60,266 nt of DNA, from positions 1 through 60,266 of the forward strand of contig JAGAHD010000026.1 of assembly GCA_017627255.1 (NCBI GenBank). Reading direction: 5' to 3'. Below, one piece after another: positions 1 to 7,069 of this stretch (its first letter is position 1; each line of letters starts with the position of its first letter). A program made the position numbers and the translations under genes. The notes under the pieces are model-generated. The model was not told where the DNA came from, made no database searches, and saw nothing but the letters and a program-made list of their open reading frames with translations. Source of the stretch: Bacteroidales bacterium. GTDB lineage: Bacteria > Bacteroidota > Bacteroidia > Bacteroidales > UBA932.

Positions 1-1
1 C

Positions 2-667
2 CATATCGGATCCTACGAAGAAGAGCGGCTGTTCCCGCCCTTTGACGGGGACCCGGACGACCTGCAGGCTCTGATGACGTATTACAGGGACCAGGCCCTC
101 CTTCAGATCGGCACGGCTTCCCAGGCAGACGCCGACGAACGCGCCCGATATATCCGGGAAGAGGATTTCTCGGAAGAAGAGAAACAGGCCATTCTCGCCG
201 ATTTCCCCGCCTGGGGCTTTGAATCCTCACTCAAGAAAACCGGAGAAACCGCCCGCTACGTCGTTTTCCAGTCTCTGGATTATATCTATATGGGAGGCGC
301 CCACGGCGGCATGACCGGCGAGGGCGACATGACGTTTGACAAACGAAGCGGCCAGCGGATCCGTACCTTCGTCGACCCCGGACGCCTGGAAGCGCTCCAG
401 CCCCTCCTTCGGGAAGGCCTGCTTTCTTATTTCACCGAATCCGACACCCATTTCACGCCGGATGACCTCGACGATGTCCTGATGCTCGAGAACGGCATGG
501 TGCCCCTTCCTTCGTGGGCACCCTATCCGGGAGAAGACGGACTCGTCTTTGTCTACCAGCAGTATGAGATTGCCAGCTACGCGGCCGGAATGCCTTCGTT
601 TACCGTTCCTTATGACAAAATCCGGCCTTTCCTGACAGAAGAAGCCCGGAAGATTCTCGCCCGCTGA
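2..667 (+). CDS. DUF3298/RsiV-like protein, 5'-truncated by window edge
   Basis: Frame is open from position 2. Motifs YMGGAHG and LVFVYQQYEIASYAAGMPSFTVPY are typical of DUF3298/DUF4163 proteins. Confidence 0.8.
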   Translation, partial: HIGSYEEERLFPPFDGDPDDLQALMTYYRDQALLQIGTASQADADERARYIREEDFSEEEKQAILADFPAWGFESSLKKTGETARYVVFQSLDYIYMGGAHGGMTGEGDMTFDKRSGQRIRTFVDPGRLEALQPLLREGLLSYFTESDTHFTPDDLDDVLMLENGMVPLPSWAPYPGEDGLVFVYQQYEIASYAAGMPSFTVPYDKIRPFLTEEARKILAR

Positions 668-670
668 CGA

Positions 671-702
671 CTACAGGCGGACGATGATGCCGACGGAACC
701 GA
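671..702. repeat. Direct repeat copy A (att-like), displaced 3' end of the beta-barrel gene
   Basis: ctacaggcggacgatgatgccgacggaaccga; the minus strand reads GSVGIIVRL-stop and matches 5883-5914 except for one base. Confidence 0.9.
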
Positions 703-1157
703 CGGCGCGAATCAGATCTTCTTGTCCCATTCGGTGGGACAAGAAGGACACCGCGAGTCTCGTAACGATCCATTTCGACAGCTGGAGTGCGTTCCCGCGC
801 CGGTTCTATGTCGACTTCTCTGCAAATAACCTATAAAACGGCCCGAAAAGCCTTTTTTGGTGACTGCTACAGGAGTGTAGAATAGCTGTTTCGCATCAAC
901 TTGACGCGGGCCGGGTCTTGAAAGGAACAGACGGAATCTTTTCTCCGGGAAAGCTGACGGAGGCCGGGATCCGGAAAAGCCTGATGGAAGATCGATACCG
1001 GAAGCGTCCTGCAAAATGCAGAGAGGACATGCCCGTAAGGCACATGGACGGCACGTTTCCCTGGATAATCCTTTGCAGGAAAAGATGCCATCTTTGGGAG
1101 AAAAGCCCGCCAACATCTCCGGCAACCGGGCCAGAAAACCAACCGATCGTCGATTAA
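702..1157 (+). pseudogene. Possible decayed coding remnant of unknown family
   Basis: One + frame reads ...WDKKDTASLVTIHFDSWSAFPRRFYVDFSANNL*NGPKSLFW*LLQECRIAVSHQLDAGRVLKGTDG... with stops at 834-836 and 861-863. Family not recognised. Confidence 0.25.
718..746. terminator. Strong subterminal hairpin (terminator-like)
   Basis: cttcttgtcccat-tcg-gtgggacaagaag: 12 Watson-Crick pairs plus one G-U, between convergent transcription units. No long U tract. Confidence 0.5.
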
Positions 1158-1178
1158 CCCATTCTATCCCGACTGAAC

Positions 1179-2267
1179 TTATCTCGGCAAGATATCCTCT
1201 TGAATCCGATAGAGTCCAAGACTGAGGTTTTCTTCCCATTTTGAAAGATAGACGCCCGATTCCGTCACATAGCACTGGCGGTATGGCGCATCAAGCATAT
1301 ACTTAGCCTTGATATTGCCTTCCCAGTCAAATACATATAACGTGCTGGGAGATTTCGGAAACTGTCCCTCGACCTCCTTCTCTCCTGAATAAAGGGCGTA
1401 GATCCGATCATCGTACGAAGCGACGGACAGGAAATAGAGGAAAGCCCGTTTGCGGTTCATCTGCGGCTGGCCTTTCAGGCGCACGCCATGAATCCGACCC
1501 GATTTGACATCCAAGAATCCAACCTGAGGCGTCCGGACCATGGCAAAGCAGATCCTATCCCGAGCTTCATTGATACAGTCATACAAATACAGCTCAGTCG
1601 AAGCACTCATGACCTGGTCGTCTCCGATTTTCAAAGAGGCGTCGTTGAAACAGAAATAATCTTCTATCGGCGTCCCGTCATTCAAATCAATTAACTGATA
1701 ATCAGGTAAGTCATTCGGCACAACTTCTTCACCGTTTCGCCTGGGGTTGTTTGCAGCATACCGGAGCAGAAGACTATCGGCCCCAATCTGAAAAACCGAC
1801 ATGACAGGCCATATCCGGTTATCCCCCCGGAGCAATCCGACCTCTTTGTCAACGATGGTTTTCGACGAATCGATACTGGCCACAAGGTTCAGCGAATAAT
1901 ACTTCCTGTAATAATTATCCACCACGGAAATGCGCCCCCCATGATAATCCATGCCAGGTGCCATCATGGCAAACTCTCCCGGCCCCCTCCCCTTAGAACA
2001 AAACCGCAGTGGCGGCTCTTCCCCGAAAATCGGTGTCACGGACAGGAAATCATTCCCCGAAACCAGATAGGAAAGGACAAACGAATCCACCACGATAAAT
2101 GATGTCAAATCCGCATCCTCCAACAGCTGAACAGCTGAAAGTGTATCAGTAATGGCGATATCGGCTATTGTCTCGACCGGGTAATTGAAAAGGTGGTCTT
2201 CATCGATTTGCGAACACCCGGCGAAACAAAGTATACTGAAAATAAACAAAATTATTCTTTGACGCAT
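1179..2267 (-). CDS. BF3164-family / TolB-like 6-bladed beta-propeller lipoprotein (cassette 1)
   Basis: Lipobox CFAGC; motifs CSKGRGPGEF and LYVFDWEGN. Start overlaps the upstream peptide gene by 16 bp. Confidence 0.8.
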   Translation of the reverse strand: MRQRIILFIFSILCFAGCSQIDEDHLFNYPVETIADIAITDTLSAVQLLEDADLTSFIVVDSFVLSYLVSGNDFLSVTPIFGEEPPLRFCSKGRGPGEFAMMAPGMDYHGGRISVVDNYYRKYYSLNLVASIDSSKTIVDKEVGLLRGDNRIWPVMSVFQIGADSLLLRYAANNPRRNGEEVVPNDLPDYQLIDLNDGTPIEDYFCFNDASLKIGDDQVMSASTELYLYDCINEARDRICFAMVRTPQVGFLDVKSGRIHGVRLKGQPQMNRKRAFLYFLSVASYDDRIYALYSGEKEVEGQFPKSPSTLYVFDWEGNIKAKYMLDAPYRQCYVTESGVYLSKWEENLSLGLYRIQEDILPR

Positions 2268-2542
2268 TTCTTTCTCAATGAAGATTCATAACCGCAAGAA
2301 TAGCTACACCCAAATAAAGTGTAATCGTCCGTTTCTTTTTCGCAAAACCTATCGATTATCAACAACAATCCAACACTTGATTTTACTATACAGTCATCAA
2401 GGGCATAAGACTCAGAACTTGTCAATGCTTCGACATTAAGGCTGACAATATCTTTTCTCTCAGTTCCCCGGAGAGAAAAAAACACGATACAGGCAACGGT
2501 CATTGACAAAAGGACTAAAAGCAGAATCGTTTTTATTTTCAT
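2252..2542 (-). CDS. NVEALA-domain small secreted or membrane-anchored Cys-rich peptide 1
   Basis: 96 aa; N-terminal hydrophobic helix, LNVEALTSSE motif, Cys-rich C-terminus. Confidence 0.8.
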   Translation of the reverse strand: MKIKTILLLVLLSMTVACIVFFSLRGTERKDIVSLNVEALTSSESYALDDCIVKSSVGLLLIIDRFCEKETDDYTLFGCSYSCGYESSLRKKCVKE

Positions 2543-2552
2543 AATTTTACCA

Positions 2553-3701
2553 TTATTCCAAACTTGGTTCTATTTCCGAAAGAGGAATCGTATACAAGCT
2601 GGATCCCTCCAAATTCATTCTTGTCAGATAAAGTTGGTCATTCATGACCTGACATCGCTCATAAACGTTATCAAGCAAATACTTTGCACATAGATTGCCA
2701 TCCCAGTCAAACACAAATAATGAGCTCTTGCATTCCCTGCTTCTTTCTTCTTCCAGACTCAACGGTAAAAATATCCTGGCTTCCTCTCCAAAATACAAGC
2801 AGAAAACGAACTCCTTCGTCGCACTGACAGATGAGAAATAATAATATGGTTTCTTCGGATCCTGCTTCGGCTGGTTTCTGAGAATAAAGCCTTTTGCTTC
2901 ACCACTATCGATATCTATGAGAGTCACTTGCGGGAAATTCATCATTGCAAGAAACAGTGTATTCTGCCCAAAATCCAAACAACTCGCATGAGTCATTAGC
3001 GATGCACTGGTAAGTCGCTTCTTCCTATCGAGAATCAAGGGAACACTCTTGAAACACTTAATGCTGTCCAGCACTTCCCCCGTCACCGCATCAAATCTCC
3101 AATACCGAGGGATTTCAGACAATGTCGCGGCTCTCGCCTGACATGCATCATAAGCCAAAACTGTTCCATCATTCAATTTGTATAAGGACAACAAAGACAT
3201 ATAATCGCCCCTTCCTTTATTCAGTTTTACACTGTTGAAACAAACATCCTTCCCCTCCACAACCGACGCCTGGATATTCCATGTTTGCATAACTGAGCGA
3301 CTGGCATCAAAAATGAACAATTCATCAGCGCGGCACCCTGGTTGAAAAAAAGGCATCATGGCAAGATTCTCTCCCGGCCCACGCCCCTTCCTGCAATACG
3401 ATCCCAACTCCTTTCCGGAATTCAAACTATACAATGAAATGAAATTGGAACCCGACATTTGATAGGAAACTATGAACGTATCGACGATTGCAAAAGAATT
3501 GACATTAATGTCCTTAAATTTCAGCCGGGGAATCACGCTTCCCGTAAAAGCAATATCATCGATAGCTTTGACCGGGAAGTTGGAAAGCTTTTCTGGCCTC
3601 AATTGATTACATCCGATAGACACGACCATGAGAAACAAAAAAGAAGTCCTAATGCCATTAGTAACAAACGATTTAATTAACCGATTGCACACATTTCCCA
3701 T
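2553..3701 (-). CDS. BF3164-family / TolB-like 6-bladed beta-propeller lipoprotein (cassette 2)
   Basis: Lipobox VSIGC; CRKGRGPGE and LFVFDWDGN motifs; paralog of 1179-2267. Start moved from 3824 to ATG 3701 to avoid deep overlap with the peptide gene (start uncertain). Confidence 0.78.
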   Translation of the reverse strand: MGNVCNRLIKSFVTNGIRTSFLFLMVVSIGCNQLRPEKLSNFPVKAIDDIAFTGSVIPRLKFKDINVNSFAIVDTFIVSYQMSGSNFISLYSLNSGKELGSYCRKGRGPGENLAMMPFFQPGCRADELFIFDASRSVMQTWNIQASVVEGKDVCFNSVKLNKGRGDYMSLLSLYKLNDGTVLAYDACQARAATLSEIPRYWRFDAVTGEVLDSIKCFKSVPLILDRKKRLTSASLMTHASCLDFGQNTLFLAMMNFPQVTLIDIDSGEAKGFILRNQPKQDPKKPYYYFSSVSATKEFVFCLYFGEEARIFLPLSLEEERSRECKSSLFVFDWDGNLCAKYLLDNVYERCQVMNDQLYLTRMNLEGSSLYTIPLSEIEPSLE

Positions 3702-3975
3702 ACAATTGCAGAGGTGCTCGATATTGATAAATACAATCATAGATGAAATATTCTGACGAATAATCGACACAAAAAGAATCATACACCATGTTGCTTCCAA
3801 ATGTGGTACCATACTGACAATCATCCAAATAATATGTTTCAGAAGCAGTCAGAACTTCCAGATTCCCGATCTGAAAACTATTTAATGAATGAAGCGATGA
3901 AATACGAATTGCCAAAATACCAATAATGACAATCAGTACCATACATAAGGCGGAAAAGAATACCTTCCATCTCAT
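3673..3975 (-). CDS. NVEALA-like small Cys-rich peptide 2
   Basis: 100 aa; hydrophobic N-terminus, GNLEVLTASE motif. Aligns without gaps to peptide 1 from the motif onward. Confidence 0.78.
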   Translation of the reverse strand: MRWKVFFSALCMVLIVIIGILAIRISSLHSLNSFQIGNLEVLTASETYYLDDCQYGTTFGSNMVYDSFCVDYSSEYFIYDCIYQYRAPLQLYGKCVQSVN

Positions 3976-4524
3976 AACACTGATTTTTTATATACGACTT
4001 GCTCAAATAAAAGTTGTAATTCTCTACTTGATGTAGGATCTCCTACGAATAATACCACCCCGTTTGTGTCAATAAGGAAGCATCTAAAACGCGGATCTTC
4101 AGGAATGAATGGATTCTTTTTTATAAAAAGATTTTTTTTCATCAATATACACTGGGAAAGGATACCTTCGATTTAACAACGCTGTTTCCAAAGAAAATGA
4201 TTGTTTTTTGGAGGGAGAAAACATAATAACAGTATTAATCCTTTCTCGCTGATACTTAAATAAATCACAATACCTCATCATTTTCGTTGCACGACAAGAG
4301 CCACACTCTGTGGAATCAATAAAAACAATAAATGTTGAGTTGTTAGTTTGAGAAAATGAAGAATATGATTTCTTGCCATCATATAACTTGACAAGCGAAT
4401 CCGGCAAAGAAATACTATGAGATATCATTCTGCGCATACGCTTTCGCAAAAGGTAATTATCACATCCTGAAAACAAAAGAATGCTAACAACGATAGAAAC
4501 TAATACTGAGATCTGCTTAATCAT
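3972..4524 (-). pseudogene. Thioredoxin-like CxxC lipoprotein with a 1-nt frameshift in a homopolymer tract
   Basis: Lipobox LFSGC, motif FIDSTECGSC. ORF stops at 4099, but removing one base (for example from the T8 run at 4132-4139) gives DEKNLFIKKNPFIPEDPRFRCFLIDTNGVVLFVGDPTSSRELQLLFEQVVYKKSVL-stop, whose TGA overlaps the next ATG (ATGA). Confidence 0.75.
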
Positions 4525-4530
4525 CCATCA

Positions 4531-4538
4531 CAAAGATA
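4531..4538 (-). promoter_or_regulatory. Bacteroidota -7 promoter element for the islet operon
   Basis: TATCTTTG on the minus strand, 6 nt before ATG 4524; matches TAnnTTTG. Confidence 0.6.
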
Positions 4539-4627
4539 TGGTCCTTCGAGGATAAAACCTACTGCAAAGGGCCGCATGTCGCCAAGAACATTGGCAAGGA
4601 ATGGATATTGCAATGATTTTGAGGAAT

Positions 4628-5863
4628 TTACGGAATCGAAATGTCGACTTTTTTCGCGAGCCGCTCGATTCGCTTGTGCATGCTTTTCAGGGATGTTCCA
4701 AAAATCCTCGCAATGACGGGACGGGGCATTCCGGCCAGAAGAAAAAGGAGAAGGACACGCTCCCCTTCCTTCAATTCCGCGAGCGCGTTCTGGTACGAGG
4801 CGCGGTCCTCAGGCCGGTGACGGAATACTTCTGAGAGTAGTTCCTTATGGAATAACGTATCATGACGCATTTCGTAGAGAACGGACTCAAACTGTTCCAG
4901 GGCCGGTTTCGATGCATTCGCCCGACAGATCCGTTCAAACCTGCCAGCCAGTGCACGGATGGCCGGTGTGTTCTCCCCCGAATAATAAATCAATTGTTTT
5001 TGCGCTTTCTCTGCAGCGGCCCGGGCGGAAGCTATCTGCCGATTCTTCTTATGGACAAGAATGAGAAGATAGGTAACGACAAAAAGAATCAATGAAATAC
5101 CGGCTACCCAGAGGGCAACCCGCTTCCGGCCGGACCGTATAGCTTCCTCCGACCGGGCTTCACACTCCTCGGGAAGAATATTGTGGGTTCCGGCTATCCG
5201 CAACAGATGCGGCGGACAGACAATTCCTTCCCTGACGGGAAGGGATGCTGCACTCCTCACGCTGTCAGCCCGTTCCTCATTCCTTGCACGGACAAAACAT
5301 GACAGGGCTGCCTGATACGCATCTGTGGCTTCTTCCCCAGAATGAAGCCGCAGAATATCCCCGATTCTCTGATAGGACAGTCCGGCATATAACCAGTCTT
5401 TCCTGGCATTTGCAAGGTCTCTCGCCGCAGTAAAACTGAACATGGCCCCGGAATAATCCGCACTGTCAAACTGCTGGTCCCCCAAATAGTACTGGGAAAG
5501 CATCCAGTAGCGGCTGGAACCATGTCTGGCATACCATTCCGCCGAATGCTGCATCTCTCCGACCGCTCTTCCGTCATCGGCATGGATCCCGTCAAGGGCC
5601 CACGCGGTCAGCAATTCGTACCGGGCAAGTCTGGAAGGGAAAAGTGCAGAAGGTTTCCCGACGCTTTGTAAAGCACTCAGGGCACGGTCCGGGGATTCCT
5701 GGATATATGACTCGATTTCAGCATAATCCCCGCTGCAAGCCGTAATGACGGTCAAAGTGATGAGACAGGCGAGACCAGTCCTGGCAAGAATCCCCCTTGC
5801 CGACGACAAGCGGCAGCCAACGCCACCATCATGCCGGATGGAGGAGGAATCCGTCTGTTTCAT
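4628..5863 (-). CDS. TPR-containing membrane-anchored regulator with C-terminal LuxR-like HTH
   Basis: Lipobox-like VITACS, TPR-like helices (YYLGDQQF...AMFSFTAA; LSYQRIGDIL), TM helix VALWVAGISLILFVVTYLLILV, coiled coil, HTH-like LAGMPRPVIARIFGTSLKSMHKRIERLAKK. Start moved from 6013 to ATG 5863. Confidence 0.7.
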   Translation of the reverse strand: MKQTDSSSIRHDGGVGCRLSSARGILARTGLACLITLTVITACSGDYAEIESYIQESPDRALSALQSVGKPSALFPSRLARYELLTAWALDGIHADDGRAVGEMQHSAEWYARHGSSRYWMLSQYYLGDQQFDSADYSGAMFSFTAARDLANARKDWLYAGLSYQRIGDILRLHSGEEATDAYQAALSCFVRARNEERADSVRSAASLPVREGIVCPPHLLRIAGTHNILPEECEARSEEAIRSGRKRVALWVAGISLILFVVTYLLILVHKKNRQIASARAAAEKAQKQLIYYSGENTPAIRALAGRFERICRANASKPALEQFESVLYEMRHDTLFHKELLSEVFRHRPEDRASYQNALAELKEGERVLLLFLLAGMPRPVIARIFGTSLKSMHKRIERLAKKVDISIP

Positions 5864-5882
5864 GGCAGAAGGGAAAGGAGCC

Positions 5883-5914
5883 CTACAGGTGGACGATGAT
5901 GCCGACGGAACCGA
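5883..5914. repeat. Direct repeat copy B (att-like), current 3' end of the beta-barrel gene
   Basis: ctacaggtggacgatgatgccgacggaaccga; the minus strand reads GSVGIIVHL-stop. Confidence 0.9.
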
Positions 5915-6503
5915 GCGCCCGGAGATCGAACGGGCGCTGTCCGGCAACAAAACCGTTGTAAGCATCCGTGTACGCTTCGACGCACAGATCACCGACGATG
6001 CCGATTCCGGCAAAGATACGGTATTCTCCGTTCAGGCCGACCCGGGCTCCGGGAACCGTATTGGAGGATTTGACCGGGTCCAAGATTCCCTCCGTATTCT
6101 TGAAATGGAAGGAACGGGCAGCTCCCACTCCTCCATACACCTTGGGGATGAACGCCGTCCATCCCGGGGCAAGACGCCACATGGCATCGGCGAAAACATT
6201 GAGACTCTGGAAGGAATAGGCGGAAAAGCCACCCGAATCACGGCCGATTCCGGTGTTCCGTCCTGTGGACAGGGATACTCTTGCCCCCAAACGGTCTGTG
6301 AAATCATAACCGGCACTCACTCCCCCCTGAGGGGCAATCAGTTCCTGCATCCGGTCATTCTTGAAAAAAATACGGCTGTTCTCGCTTCCGGAACCGGAAA
6401 GCCCTCCCTGCAGGGTAAGGCTCCAGGGACGATCCTGGGCGGAAAGAGTCACCGTGCCGAGAAATCCGGCCAGAAAGAAAAGGAAAAACTTTTTCATACT
6501 CAT
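5883..6503 (-). CDS. Outer membrane beta-barrel protein (OmpA-like membrane domain)
   Basis: Signal peptide MKKFFLFFLAGFLGTVTLSAQ; amphipathic beta strands (GGVSAGYDF, VYGGVGA, VGLNGEYRI). The ORF-track extension to 6593 overlaps a tRNA. Confidence 0.75.
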   Translation of the reverse strand: MSMKKFFLFFLAGFLGTVTLSAQDRPWSLTLQGGLSGSGSENSRIFFKNDRMQELIAPQGGVSAGYDFTDRLGARVSLSTGRNTGIGRDSGGFSAYSFQSLNVFADAMWRLAPGWTAFIPKVYGGVGAARSFHFKNTEGILDPVKSSNTVPGARVGLNGEYRIFAGIGIVGDLCVEAYTDAYNGFVAGQRPFDLRALGSVGIIVHL

Positions 6504-6530
6504 AAAAAAAAGACAACCTTCCGGCTGTCT
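6504..6530 (-). terminator. Rho-independent terminator after tRNA-Pro
   Basis: Minus strand: AGACAGCC-GGAA-GGTTGTCT followed by a T run. Confidence 0.7.
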
Positions 6531-6531
6531 C

Positions 6532-6608
6532 TGGTCGAGATGATCCGACTCGAACGGACGACCCCCACGTCCCGAACGTGGTGCGCTAGCCAACTGCGCT
6601 ACATCTCG
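6532..6608 (-). tRNA. tRNA-Pro(CGG)
   Basis: CGAGATG/CATCTCG acceptor stem, anticodon arm CCACG-TTCGGGA-CGTGG, GTTCGAG T-loop, encoded ACCA. Confidence 0.96.
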
Positions 6609-6643
6609 ATTGCCCTGAAGCCGGGCCGGCTCGTTGTCAATGC

Positions 6644-6898
6644 TTAGGCAAGCTTGTTGATGTAGACAGCAAGACCGCTCTTGAGGTTGGAAGCCTTGTT
6701 CTTGTGGATGACGCCGATCTTGGCCAGCTTGTCGATCATGGCATAAACCTTCGGAGCATTCTCCTCGGCAGCCTTCTTGTCAGTCGTATTGCGGAGATCG
6801 CGGATCGCGTTCCTGGTTGTCTTTGCATAATACTTGTTATGCAGTCTGTGCCGCTCGCTCTGCCGAGCAGCCCTCTGAGCAGATTTAGTGTTTGCCAT
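6644..6898 (-). CDS. rpsT: 30S ribosomal protein S20
   Basis: [23 protein letters not shown]...[11 protein letters not shown], an S20 signature. Confidence 0.97.
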   Translation of the reverse strand: MANTKSAQRAARQSERHRLHNKYYAKTTRNAIRDLRNTTDKKAAEENAPKVYAMIDKLAKIGVIHKNKASNLKSGLAVYINKLA

Positions 6899-6917
6899 TA
6901 CTTTATTTTTTTATTTC

Positions 6918-6992
6918 TGGTAGTGGGTAGGAGAATCGAACTCCTATTGCGGGAATGAAAATCCCGAGTACTAACCGTTATACGAACCCACC
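6918..6992 (-). tRNA. tRNA-Glu(TTC)
   Basis: GGTGGGT/ACCCACT acceptor stem, anticodon arm CGGGA-TTTTCAT-TCCCG, GTTCGATTC T-loop, ACCA end. Confidence 0.95.
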
Positions 6993-7037
6993 AAACTTTC
7001 AAGCCCTATTTCGGCAAAGCCGTTCTTTTAGGGATTG

Positions 7038-7045
7038 CAAAGGTA
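7038..7045 (-). promoter_or_regulatory. Bacteroidota -7 promoter element for tRNA-Glu-rpsT-tRNA-Pro
   Basis: TACCTTTG(CA) on the minus strand upstream of the tRNA. Confidence 0.65.
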
Positions 7046-7069
7046 AGAATAATTTCTCATCCCGCCAAA

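Larger units (their letters stand above)
671..5914. mobile_element. ~5.2 kb genomic islet inserted in the 3' end of an outer-membrane beta-barrel gene; no integrase recognised
   Basis: Bounded by 32-bp direct repeats (671-702, 5883-5914; 31/32 identical). The interior, especially 2250-4530, is visibly AT-rich compared with the flanks and carries accessory genes. Confidence 0.7.

Noticed and set aside
712-1275. 187-aa minus-strand ORF as an integrase or transposase
   Set aside because: No tyrosine/serine recombinase or DDE motifs recognised, and it overlaps the propeller gene end.
3702-3824. N-terminal extension of propeller 2 in the ORF track
   Set aside because: It overlaps the peptide-2 gene and would push the lipobox too far from the start.
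6532-6608. tRNA-Pro as the integration site of the islet
   Set aside because: I found no duplicated tRNA 3' end; the direct repeat matches the neighbouring beta-barrel gene instead.
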